Both the position numbers and the translations under genes were made by a program. From assembly GCA_046484865.1 (NCBI GenBank), contig JAWOID010000119.1, positions 1 to 34,139 of the forward strand: a DNA stretch of 34,139 bases. The letters run 5' to 3'. The notes under the pieces are model-generated. The model searched no databases, was not told where the DNA came from, and saw only the letters and a list, made by a program, of their open reading frames with translations. How positions within the stretch are numbered: the first letter of the stretch is position 1; each line of letters begins with the position of its first letter. Shown piece by piece: positions 1 through 9,009 of this stretch. This stretch comes from Candidatus Krumholzibacteriia bacterium (lineage in GTDB: Bacteria > Krumholzibacteriota > Krumholzibacteriia > LZORAL124-64-63).

Positions 1-684
<684 letters not shown>

Positions 685-752
685 AATCCCTTACCACCGG
701 CGCAGCTCCGGAGCGTGGGCACGTCCGTCGGCCGGCGACACGTGTTGCGATC

Positions 753-799
753 GGCGGCGCGTGCCTCGGCTGGCGGCGCGTGCCTCGGCTGGCGGCGCG
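753..799. repeat. 19-bp tandem repeat, about 2.5 copies
   Basis: ggcggcgcgtgcctcggct at 753 and 772, partial copy at 791; intergenic. Confidence 0.85.
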
Positions 800-859
800 C
801 GCTTCGACCGGCGGGCGAGCGGCCAGCGGAGAGCAGCCACCCTGACGAACAGAAACGTG

Positions 860-1978
860 ATGATCAGAACCGAGCATCCGCGACTCTCCGCCTGCCTCAT
901 CGTCCGTGACGAGGCTCGCTTCCTCGACGCGTGCCTCGACTCGCTCGAAGGGCGCGTGGACGAGATCGTGGCGTGCGACACCGGCTCCCGCGACGGCAGT
1001 CTGGATCTGCTGCGTCGCCGCGCCACGGTCGTCATCGAGCGGCCGTGGCGCGACGATTTCTCCCTGGCCCGCAACGCGGTGCTGGCCGTGGCCCGGGGCG
1101 AGTGGATCCTGTGCCTGGACGCCGACGAGCGACTGCGGACGGAGAGCGACGACCTGCTGAGGCGCGCGCTCGACGCGGCCGAGGCGCTGGCGTACCGGCT
1201 GGAGGTCGTCGACCACGTCGACGCCTCGGTCGCGGGCACGGTGGGCCCCGAAACGGTGGGCCCCGGCGGCACGACCATCCTGCGGCTCTTCCGCAACCGC
1301 CCCGACATCCGCTTCACCGGACGTGTGCACGAACAGGTGAGCCCGGCGGTGGCCGCCGTGGTGGAGAGGGAGCCGATCTGGCGCGTGGGGCCGCTGGCGG
1401 GCGTCGTCATCGACCATCTCGGCTACGATCCGTCGCTCAAGGACCAGGACCAGAAGCGCCGGCGCAACCTCGACTTGCTGCGGCTGGAACTCGCCGCCGC
1501 GCCGGACAGCCCGTACCACCTGTATCAGCTGTACCGCAACGATCCCGGCGATCGCGAGGGACAGGACGCGCTGCGCAAGGCGGCCGCCCTGGTGCTGGCG
1601 ATGCCGCAGCCCCGGTTGCGCGGGCTCGGCTATGCCCACGCGTTGCTGACGGCGGCGGCCTTCCAGTGGCTGCGCGACGGCGACGCGGCGGCTGCCGAGC
1701 GGGCGGCCGGCGCCGCGGTGCACCAGTTCGGCGACCATCCGGCCGCATTGCTGGCGCGCGCGCTCGCGCTGGAGAAGCTGGCGCGGTACGGGGAGGCGCT
1801 GCTGTACGTGGAGCGGTCCTTCACCGTGCATCTCGGCGACGACGCGTTCACCTTCGAGCGGGAGCCGGCCCTGCATGCGGCGCGGCTGCTGCGGCGCCGG
1901 CTGCGGCGGCGTGGTCGAGCGGGTCGCGGGGGCCGCGCGGATCGCGCGGGTCGAGCCGGTGAGACGTTTCCGGTGTGA
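860..1978 (+). CDS. Family 2 glycosyltransferase with TPR-like C-terminus
   Basis: RLSACLIVRDEARFL, DTGSRDGS, DFSLARN, LDADE (DxD), RLFRN, GRVHEQ, HLGY...RRNLDLL, then helical Ala-rich repeats. Start placed at ATG 860 (GTG 857 possible), not 656. Confidence 0.88.
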   Translation: MIRTEHPRLSACLIVRDEARFLDACLDSLEGRVDEIVACDTGSRDGSLDLLRRRATVVIERPWRDDFSLARNAVLAVARGEWILCLDADERLRTESDDLLRRALDAAEALAYRLEVVDHVDASVAGTVGPETVGPGGTTILRLFRNRPDIRFTGRVHEQVSPAVAAVVEREPIWRVGPLAGVVIDHLGYDPSLKDQDQKRRRNLDLLRLELAAAPDSPYHLYQLYRNDPGDREGQDALRKAAALVLAMPQPRLRGLGYAHALLTAAAFQWLRDGDAAAAERAAGAAVHQFGDHPAALLARALALEKLARYGEALLYVERSFTVHLGDDAFTFEREPALHAARLLRRRLRRRGRAGRGGRADRAGRAGETFPV

Positions 1979-2032
1979 TGCGATCGCCGTGGCCCCGCCG
2001 CCGGGAACGCATCCGGCGATCTCGCGGTCGGG

Positions 2033-3757
2033 TCAACCGGTCTTGCCGGCGGCTTCGAGCTTCGCCCAGGTGTCCTTGAGCGTCGTGGTGCGGTTGAAGA
2101 CCAGCGCTCCAGGCCGGGAGTCGACGCGGTCCAGGCAGAAGTAGCCCTGCCGCATGAACTGGTAGCGATCGTCCAGCCGGGCGCCGGCCAGCCCGGGCTC
2201 CAGCTTGCAGCCTCGCAGCACCTCGAGCGAGTTCGGGTTGAGGTTGGCGAGGAAGTCGCCGCCCTCTTCCGGGAACGGGACGCGGAACAGGTGATCGTAC
2301 AGCCGCACCTCGGCTTCCACCGCGTGCGGGACCGAGACCCAGTGCAGTGTCCCCTTCACCTTGCGTCCGTCGGGCGACTGGCCGCCGCGTGACGCCGGAT
2401 CGTAGGTGCAGCGCAGCTCGATCACCTGGCCGGCGGTGTCCTTCACCACCTCGTCGCAGCGGATGAAGTAGGCGTGCTTCAGGCGCACCTCGCCGCCCGG
2501 CTTCAGCCGGAAGAACTTCGCGGGCGCCTCCTCGCGGAAGTCGTCCTGCTCGATCCAGATCTCGCGCGAGAAGGGGACGTCGCGGGTGCCTGCGCTCGCG
2601 TCCTCGGGATTGTTCACCGACTCGATCATCTCCACCTGCCCCTCGGGGTAGTTGGTGACGACCACCTTCAGCGGCCGCAGCACCGCCATCACGCGCGGAG
2701 CGGTCCGGTTCAGCTCCTCGCGGATGGCCCACTCGAGCAGCGCCGTGTCCACGGTCGACTCGCGCCTGGCCACGCCCACGCGCTCCCAGAAGCGCCACAG
2801 GGCGGACGGCGTGTAGCCGCGCCGCCGCAGGCCGCGGATCGTGGGCAGGCGCGGATCGTCCCAGCCGCTCACGTGCTTCTCCTGCACCAGGCGCAGGAGC
2901 TTGCGCTTGCTCATCACCGTGTAAGCCAGATTGCCGCGGGCGAACTCGATCTGTCGCGGCCGGCTGGGCACGGGCAGGTTCTCGATGAACCAGTCGTAGA
3001 GCGGGCGGTTGACCTCGAACTCCAGCGTGCAGAGCGAGTGGGTGATCCCCTCCAGCGCATCGCTCTGCCCGTGCGCGAAATCGTACAGGGGATAGATGTT
3101 CCAGGTCCCGCCGGTGCGATGGTGCGCAATGCGCTTGATCCGGTAGAGCAGGGGGTCGCGCATCTTCATGTTGCTGTGGGCCATGTCGATGCGGGCGCGC
3201 AGGGTGTAAGCGCCCTCGGGGAACTCGCCGAGTCGCATCCGCTCCAGCAGGTCGAGGCTCTCCGCCGCCGGACGGTCGCGATCAGGGCTCGGACGACCGG
3301 CCTCCGTGACCGTGCCGCGCCACTCGCGGATCTGCGCCTCGTCCAGCGAGCAGACGTAGGCCTTGCCTTCCCTGACCAGGTGCTGCGCCCACGCGTAGAG
3401 CTGGTCGAAGTAGTCGGAGGCGTAGAACTCGCGGTCCTCCCAGTCGGCGCCGAGCCACCGGACGTCGTCCTTGATGGCGTCCACGTACTCCTGCTCTTCC
3501 TTCTCCGGATTGGTGTCGTCGAAGCGCAGGTTGAACTTGCCCCCGAACTCGCGCGCGATGCCGTAGTTGAGGCAGATCGACTTGGCGTGGCCGATGTGCA
3601 GATAGCCGTTGGGCTCGGGCGGAAAACGGGTATGCACGCGTCCGTCGTTCCTGCCCGCGGCCAGGTCGGTGCGCACCTGCTCGCGGATGAAGTCGAGATT
3701 GTCGGCTGCTGGGTCCGGGCCGGCGCCGTCGCCAACGCGGTCACGAGGCTCGCTCAT
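2033..3757 (-). CDS. glnS: Glutamine--tRNA ligase
   Basis: [15 protein letters not shown] (HIGH), [44 protein letters not shown]. Confidence 0.97.
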   Translation of the reverse strand: MSEPRDRVGDGAGPDPAADNLDFIREQVRTDLAAGRNDGRVHTRFPPEPNGYLHIGHAKSICLNYGIAREFGGKFNLRFDDTNPEKEEQEYVDAIKDDVRWLGADWEDREFYASDYFDQLYAWAQHLVREGKAYVCSLDEAQIREWRGTVTEAGRPSPDRDRPAAESLDLLERMRLGEFPEGAYTLRARIDMAHSNMKMRDPLLYRIKRIAHHRTGGTWNIYPLYDFAHGQSDALEGITHSLCTLEFEVNRPLYDWFIENLPVPSRPRQIEFARGNLAYTVMSKRKLLRLVQEKHVSGWDDPRLPTIRGLRRRGYTPSALWRFWERVGVARRESTVDTALLEWAIREELNRTAPRVMAVLRPLKVVVTNYPEGQVEMIESVNNPEDASAGTRDVPFSREIWIEQDDFREEAPAKFFRLKPGGEVRLKHAYFIRCDEVVKDTAGQVIELRCTYDPASRGGQSPDGRKVKGTLHWVSVPHAVEAEVRLYDHLFRVPFPEEGGDFLANLNPNSLEVLRGCKLEPGLAGARLDDRYQFMRQGYFCLDRVDSRPGALVFNRTTTLKDTWAKLEAAGKTG

Positions 3758-3867
3758 GCTTTCCTCCGGGCGGGTTCGGTGGCGAATGCGGGATAACCTA
3801 CGTCCACGCTCCCGGCTTGTCTAGCCGGCGGTGCAGCCGGGCCGGCGGCTGCGCGGCGCGCGGCGAC

Positions 3868-3940
3868 GCGTCCAGCGGGGATGGCTGAGTTCGTGGTTGT
3901 CCATGCCACCCGGGTTGCAGGACCGGGGCTGGAGACATTC
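3868..3940 (-). mobile_element. Truncated second copy of the transposase-start end of the adjacent element
   Basis: 73-bp imperfect direct repeat of 4241-4313 (offset 373), encoding MDNHELSHPRWT versus MDNHELDGTRWT; lacks the outer part of the terminal IR. Confidence 0.75.
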
Positions 3941-3941
3941 G

Positions 3942-4326
3942 GTTATTCCACGCAAATTGTTTCCGGCTCCTGGCCATGGTGCCGAGTTGCCCCTTTTCGC
4001 CGTGTACGTCAAGTCGTGGCGCCGGTTCACCTTCAGCGCCCGCGTCCTGAGCTCCCCCCGGTAGTACTGAAGCCATCGTGGCGAACGTCTGTGAACTGAA
4101 GGTGACGCTACAGTGGAGGCAGCGAAGCCTGCCGATACGTCTGGGTTCGGCGCGGCGGAGATCCGAGCCCATGGGCTTGAACCGCCAGCCTGGCTGCAAA
4201 GGATTGTGGTACTTGCAACTAGGAGCCGGACAGTGGGGCGGCGTCCAGCGGGTTCCGTCGAGTTCGTGATTGTCCATGCCACTCGGGTTGCAGGACCGGG
4301 GCCGGAAACATTCTTCGTGGAATAAC
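3942..4326 (-). mobile_element. MITE-like internally deleted IS (385 bp) with 26-bp terminal inverted repeats
   Basis: Left end gttattccacg-caaat-tgtttccggc (3942-3967); reverse complement of 4301-4326 is gttattccacg-aagaa-tgtttccggc (23/26 identical). The interior holds a zinc-ribbon ORF fragment. Confidence 0.8.
4003..4277 (-). pseudogene. Transposase remnant: IS1/InsA-like zinc-ribbon N-terminus joined out of frame to a probable C-terminal fragment
   Basis: PPHCPAPSCKYH...RLRCLHCSVTFSSQTF from ATG 4277; near 4080 another frame reads PRWLQYYRGELRTRALKVNRRHDLTY. No DDE core present. Family assignment is from recall. Confidence 0.6.
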
Positions 4327-5748
4327 TCAGAAGTTGAACCGATCCGTGAACTGGAAGGCCCAGTCCCCCTCGCCGTCGTTGGCGGCCTCGAACCGGAACT
4401 GGGCCGCGGCGACGTTCAGGTGCACGCCCAGGCCCCAGCCGTGCACGGCGGTGCCCGACTCGTCGCCCTCGTACCAGGCGTCGCCGGCGTCGGCGAAGGC
4501 GTGCAGGCCGAAGCCCACCAGCTCGCCCTCCGGGGAGATCGGCATGAGGAAGAGCGGTACGCGGATCTCGGCCGTGAGCAGGTAGCCGTTCTCGCCCTCG
4601 ACGCTGGCGCGGTCGTGGCCGCGGATCGACTCCGCCCCGCCCCAGTAGAGGCGGTCCTCGATGGGCTGCGGGTCGGTCACCAGAACCCCGTAGCCGCGCA
4701 GGGCGAGCACCAGATCGTCCCGGATCGGCACGAACAGGCGCAGGTCGCCGCTCCACTCGCCGAAGGAGTCGAAGTTGTCGCCCGCGACCCAGCGTCCCCC
4801 GAGCCGGCCGTAGGCCCCGCTGGTGGGATAGAACGGGTTGTTGCGCGCGTCCAGGCCCACGCCACCGCCCAGGATCCAGCTGCGGCGGGTATGTTCCGGA
4901 TGCAGGACCGGGCCGGCGACGGTCGCATCGCCCCGGTCGACCGGCGGAGCGGTGAACGACTCGCGCTGGTGATAGACGCGATACCCGCCCGACGCCTCGG
5001 CGAAGAAGGGTCCGCGGATCCGCCAGGCGGTCTCGAGGTCGCTGCGCCAGGTGGAGTAGTCGGTGGCGCGCCAGACGAAGTCGCCCTGTTCCGCCCCGGT
5101 GCGCGCAGCCAGCGAGAGCCCCGGCACCCCCAGGAACCACGGTCGCGTCCAGCCGAGGGTGAGCTGCTGGATGCGATAGGTCACGATCTGCGCCTCGACG
5201 ATCTCGCCCTCGCCCCGGAAGTTCCGGTCTCGCACCCAGCCGCCCATGAGGTACTTGTGGCGGTCGCTGTACCGCAGCACCGGACCGTAGCCGAGGGCCC
5301 GCTCTTCCTCCACGACCACGCGCAGGATCACCTCGCCGGGCTCCACCTCGTCGTACGTGAGGTCCACGAAGGCGAAGTAGCCCAGGTCCTCCAGCCGGTC
5401 CCAGATCGGGTCCACCAGCTCCTCGGGAAACGGATCGCCCGGCTCGAGCCCGATCTCTCGCCTCACGACGTTCGCGGACGTCCGTTCGTTGCCCTTGATC
5501 TCGATCGCTCGCAGCACGGGAACCGGATCGGCTTCCTCCGCCTGCTGCTCGGCGGCGCGCTCCTGCGCGGCGTCGGACTCCTGCGCGGCGGCGGGCGTCG
5601 GCCACACGAGCGCCGCGGCGGGCATCAGGCCGAGGATCAGCGCCAGGAGCAGGACCAGCGTCGATCGCCGGACGCGCGACCCGATGTGGCAGGAGCGGTT
5701 GCAGCGGCTGGGGCGATCGGGGCGGTCGAGGCGGCTGGGATTGGACAT
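4327..5748 (-). CDS. Omp85 (BamA/TamA)-family outer membrane protein with one POTRA domain
   Basis: Signal-peptide-like LVLLLALILGL...AAA; POTRA IEIKGNERTSANVVRREI...RLEDLGYF; LDARNNPFYPTSG; GGAESIRGH (VRGF-like loop 6); C-terminal F. ATG 5748 has a GGGGAG RBS. Confidence 0.85.
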   Translation of the reverse strand: MSNPSRLDRPDRPSRCNRSCHIGSRVRRSTLVLLLALILGLMPAAALVWPTPAAAQESDAAQERAAEQQAEEADPVPVLRAIEIKGNERTSANVVRREIGLEPGDPFPEELVDPIWDRLEDLGYFAFVDLTYDEVEPGEVILRVVVEEERALGYGPVLRYSDRHKYLMGGWVRDRNFRGEGEIVEAQIVTYRIQQLTLGWTRPWFLGVPGLSLAARTGAEQGDFVWRATDYSTWRSDLETAWRIRGPFFAEASGGYRVYHQRESFTAPPVDRGDATVAGPVLHPEHTRRSWILGGGVGLDARNNPFYPTSGAYGRLGGRWVAGDNFDSFGEWSGDLRLFVPIRDDLVLALRGYGVLVTDPQPIEDRLYWGGAESIRGHDRASVEGENGYLLTAEIRVPLFLMPISPEGELVGFGLHAFADAGDAWYEGDESGTAVHGWGLGVHLNVAAAQFRFEAANDGEGDWAFQFTDRFNF

Positions 5749-5848
5749 GAACTCCCCCGGGGGCTGCTTCCGTTCGTATCCGCCAGGCACCGGCGGTGCG
5801 CCGGGACCGCAGCTCTGCCCTCACCGGCCGGGGACCGGGCTACGTGCC

Positions 5849-6556
5849 CTAGAGCCTATTATGAAGGGGGTCCCGGAATTGTCCAGTCGCGCCGGTGCCG
5901 GTCGCTTCGCTGGGCGGCGAGGCGGTGTACAGGGAGAGCTGGTCGCAGGCCAGTCCGAACGGCTCGAGGTCATCGGCCAGGTCGACGCCGCCGAGCGCCA
6001 TCAGATGCGACTGCACGCGGGCGAGGTCCTCGGTGACGCCGCCGATGGAGTCGGACAGGTGCTCTTCCAGCCGGGAGCGCAGCAGGGTCTCGAGCAGGCC
6101 GGCCACGACCTCGGGCCGGATCGGACCGCCCCCCGCCAGGAAGCAGCGGTGGAAGGCCGTGGGATCGGTGATGAGGCAAGCAGCCATGCCGATGACCTCG
6201 AGCACATGCTCGCCGCCGTCGTCGTCCTGCAGGTGCAGCAGCGTTCCGCGTCGCCAGCGGATCAGCCACGGGCGCTGCAGGTCCATGAAGACCAGCGTCG
6301 CGTGCAGCGGCACCGCGTCCGTCCCCTCCGGCACGTCCAGGTCGTGACGGCCGGTGAGGTAGACCGCCTCCACGCCACCGTCGCGCGTGAGCAGGGCCAC
6401 CTGATCCTCGTCGAGGACCAGATGCAGCCGGCGTCCCGCCACGAACGCCAGGTCCAGCGGGCCCTGCAGCGGGCCTCCACCGGGCGTCATGCTCCAGACG
6501 AGCGTCTTCTCGGCGGCGACGGTGTCCCAGGGGGACGGAGAGGTGGATTCAGCCAT
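5849..6556 (-). CDS. Hypothetical protein, possibly a divergent SPFH/band-7-like domain
   Basis: LVLDEDQVALLTRDG...GRHDL...LVFMD...IRW...ITDPTAF...DLEPFGL resembles the layout of SPFH-like proteins; overlaps the upstream gene by 8 bp. Confidence 0.5.
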   Translation of the reverse strand: MAESTSPSPWDTVAAEKTLVWSMTPGGGPLQGPLDLAFVAGRRLHLVLDEDQVALLTRDGGVEAVYLTGRHDLDVPEGTDAVPLHATLVFMDLQRPWLIRWRRGTLLHLQDDDGGEHVLEVIGMAACLITDPTAFHRCFLAGGGPIRPEVVAGLLETLLRSRLEEHLSDSIGGVTEDLARVQSHLMALGGVDLADDLEPFGLACDQLSLYTASPPSEATGTGATGQFRDPLHNRL

Positions 6557-7088
6557 GCTGCGACCTCCGCTGGTGCCAGGCGAGTTCCGATTCCCAGCCC
6601 AGGCCCAGCAGGTAGTTGCGTTCCTCGGTGACCTCGCTGAACGCGCTCAGGTCGCGGATGATCACCGCCGCGTGCGACTGGAAGACGTGTGTCCACTCGG
6701 GCGCCCGCGTCAGCGCGCGCACGCCGGTGATCACCTCTTCCACCAGCAGGATCAGCCTGGTGTCGAGTTCCTCCAGCTCGGCGATGACCTCGTCGCAGTT
6801 GCCGACCAGGAAGACCGTCCCGTCGCGGTCCAGTCGGCGGAAGATGGCGGCGATGCGGTCCACCAGCGCGTCGATGGTCGCCTCCTGATCCGCCGGCAAT
6901 CGCGGTGCTCTGTGCTCGGCCAGCCCAAGGAGGTTGTCGCCGCACTCCTTGAGCATGCGGCCGAGGGCGTGCCGGAACGCACGTTCCGCCTCGGCGGCGC
7001 CGGCGGCGGTGCGATAGCTGCGGTAGCATGGCATCTGCTGCAGGAGGGCGGTGGTCTCGGCGATGCTGACGCTGGCCGCCAGGCTCAT
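6549..7088 (-). CDS. Hypothetical all-helical protein (179 aa)
   Basis: ATG 7088 with GGAG RBS, GC3-rich codons, normal composition; overlaps the start of the next gene. Confidence 0.65.
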   Translation of the reverse strand: MSLAASVSIAETTALLQQMPCYRSYRTAAGAAEAERAFRHALGRMLKECGDNLLGLAEHRAPRLPADQEATIDALVDRIAAIFRRLDRDGTVFLVGNCDEVIAELEELDTRLILLVEEVITGVRALTRAPEWTHVFQSHAAVIIRDLSAFSEVTEERNYLLGLGWESELAWHQRRSQHG

Positions 7089-7392
7089 GGTGCGTCTCCA
7101 GGGCTGTGCGTCCGGTGTCCGGCTGCCCGCGCATTGCGGCTTGCCCTGCCGGGGGTGCTCTGGGCCGGGAAACGGCAAGGAACGTTCCACCTCGACGCGC
7201 CGCGATCTGACCAGCGGCCGGCCGGTGCCCGACGGGTGCCTGGCGGCAGTCGACGTGGGGGAACGGGCGGTGGCGAACGTTCGGCGGCGCAGCAGGGTGA
7301 CGATGCGCCTCGCAGGCTGCACGGTCAGCGGGCAGATCGCGAGGCGCGAGACGTGGTCGGTCGGGGTCGGCGGGGGCGGCGGGGACGCGCCG

Positions 7393-8277
7393 TCAGATCC
7401 TCACGACGGGATTGGAGATCTGGCCGATCCCCTCGATCTCCACCTCGATGAGGTCGCCCGGCTGCAGGAACACGGGCGGATCGCGGAACACGCCCACGCC
7501 GCCGGGCGTGCCGGTGGTGATGATGTCCCCGGGCTCGAGCGTCATGTGCAGGCTGGCGTGGGCCACCAATCGGTCGACGGGGAAGATCAGCAGGTCGGTG
7601 TTGCTCTCCTGCATCACCGTGCCGTTCCAGCGGGTGGTGATGCGCAGCCCGGTCGCCAGGTCAGGCAGCTCGTCGGGCGTGACGAGCCAGGGGCCGCACG
7701 GTCCCCCCGTGTCGATGCTCTTGCCCCGGAAGAACTGCTTGTCGGCGAACTGCGCCGCCCGGTCGCTGACGTCGTTCATGCACATGTAGCCGGCGATGTG
7801 ATCGCGGGCGTCCTCGCGCGCGATGCGCCGGCCGCGCTTGCCGATCACCAGGGCCAGCTCGCCCTCGGCGTCCACCTGGTCGAGATCGCTGTCGAGCATG
7901 ATGGGACCGTACGGCCCCTGCAGGCAGGACGGTGCCTTGGAGAACAGCATGGGCTGCTCCGGTACGGCGCGGTTCTGCTCGGCGGCGTGGTCGTGGTAGT
8001 TGCGGCCGACGGCGATGATCTTCTGCGGGCGGGTGACCGGCGGCAAAAACTGCACGTCGGCCAGCTCGACCAGCGGCGCCCCCGGGCGTCCTTTCGGGGG
8101 GGGTGCGGGAGGCTCATGCCGGGCGACCAGCGCCCGCACGTGGTCGAGATGATCCAGCAGCCGTTCCCAGCCGCCGTCCAGGCCGGGATCCGCCGCGGCG
8201 ACGTCCAGGGCGAGCTGCCCGCCGAGCAGGATGCCCGTGCGTGGGCCGGAGCCTCGATCGAAGGTGATCAATCGCAT
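7393..8277 (-). CDS. Fumarylacetoacetate hydrolase family protein
   Basis: KIIAVGRNYHDHA, PMLFSK, EGELALVIG, NDVSDR, GKSIDT, TLEPGDIITTGTPGGVG. Confidence 0.93.
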   Translation of the reverse strand: MRLITFDRGSGPRTGILLGGQLALDVAAADPGLDGGWERLLDHLDHVRALVARHEPPAPPPKGRPGAPLVELADVQFLPPVTRPQKIIAVGRNYHDHAAEQNRAVPEQPMLFSKAPSCLQGPYGPIMLDSDLDQVDAEGELALVIGKRGRRIAREDARDHIAGYMCMNDVSDRAAQFADKQFFRGKSIDTGGPCGPWLVTPDELPDLATGLRITTRWNGTVMQESNTDLLIFPVDRLVAHASLHMTLEPGDIITTGTPGGVGVFRDPPVFLQPGDLIEVEIEGIGQISNPVVRI

Positions 8278-8382
8278 GCGCCGAGTATGCAAGCGCCGTC
8301 GCCGCCGGTCCAGGCAAAAGCGCGGGAGGCCGGGATCGGTCCCGGCCTCCCCAGGCGAGGTCTCGCCCGTCCGGTGTCCGCC

Positions 8383-8790
8383 TTACTGGACCTCGATCCG
8401 GCGGGGCAGGTGCTGCTCCGACTTGGGCAGCGTGATCGTGAGCACCCCGTCCTCGAGCCGGGCGCCGATCCGGTCGCCGTCGATCCCGCGGCCGACGTCG
8501 AAGCTGCGCCGCAGCGCCACCCGGTCCGGCAACTCGCGGCGGTGGACCCTGTAGCCCTCCGGGAACTCCAGTTGCCGCTCGGCCTTCACCGTCAGAACCT
8601 GATTCTCCAGGTGGATCTCGAGGTTCGCGGCGTCGATGCCGGGCACCATCATGCGGATGACGAAATCCTTCTCCCCCTCGAGAATGTCGGCCCGGGGCAC
8701 GTCGCGCCAGGTGCGCTCCTGAGTGTTGCCGTTGGTCACGGGAGCGAAAGCGGCCTCCAGGAGCTGGTTCACGGGGAACAGCGTGTTCAT
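8383..8790 (-). CDS. Hsp20/alpha-crystallin small heat-shock protein
   Basis: PRADILE, VPGI, VLTVKAER, RRSF, ARLEDGVLTITLPK, C-terminal IEV motif; AGGAGA RBS. Confidence 0.93.
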   Translation of the reverse strand: MNTLFPVNQLLEAAFAPVTNGNTQERTWRDVPRADILEGEKDFVIRMMVPGIDAANLEIHLENQVLTVKAERQLEFPEGYRVHRRELPDRVALRRSFDVGRGIDGDRIGARLEDGVLTITLPKSEQHLPRRIEVQ

Positions 8791-8875
8791 GAATCTCCTC
8801 CTCTGTCCTTCGGATCGTGGATTCCTGCGGACCTCGGGTCCGCATTCCTGCTTGCCTCATCACGTCAAACGTCAT

Positions 8876-8890
8876 ATCAAGGGGTGTGCC
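8876..8890 (-). promoter_or_regulatory. Putative sigma-54-type -24/-12 promoter of hsp20
   Basis: Minus strand GGCAC-ACCCC-TTGAT: GG-N10-GA spacing versus consensus TGGCAC-N5-TTGC. Confidence 0.45.
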
Positions 8891-9009
8891 CGGAGCAGGG
8901 TCGAGGCGCGGCGTGTGCGCAATTCGTTGCGTGACAAGGAGATCGTGGGTAAAGGCGCTCTTCTGGCCGCGGCGTTCCTGGGCCCGGAGGTCCTGACCTG
9001 ACAGCTGGC

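Noticed and set aside
3798..4277. Intact 159-aa zinc-finger protein
   Set aside because: After SQTFAT it runs out of frame through the element's TIR and the duplicated end; best read as a transposase remnant.
3930..4340. Target-site duplication around the 385-bp element
   Set aside because: The flanks (agacattcg and tcagaagtt) do not match.
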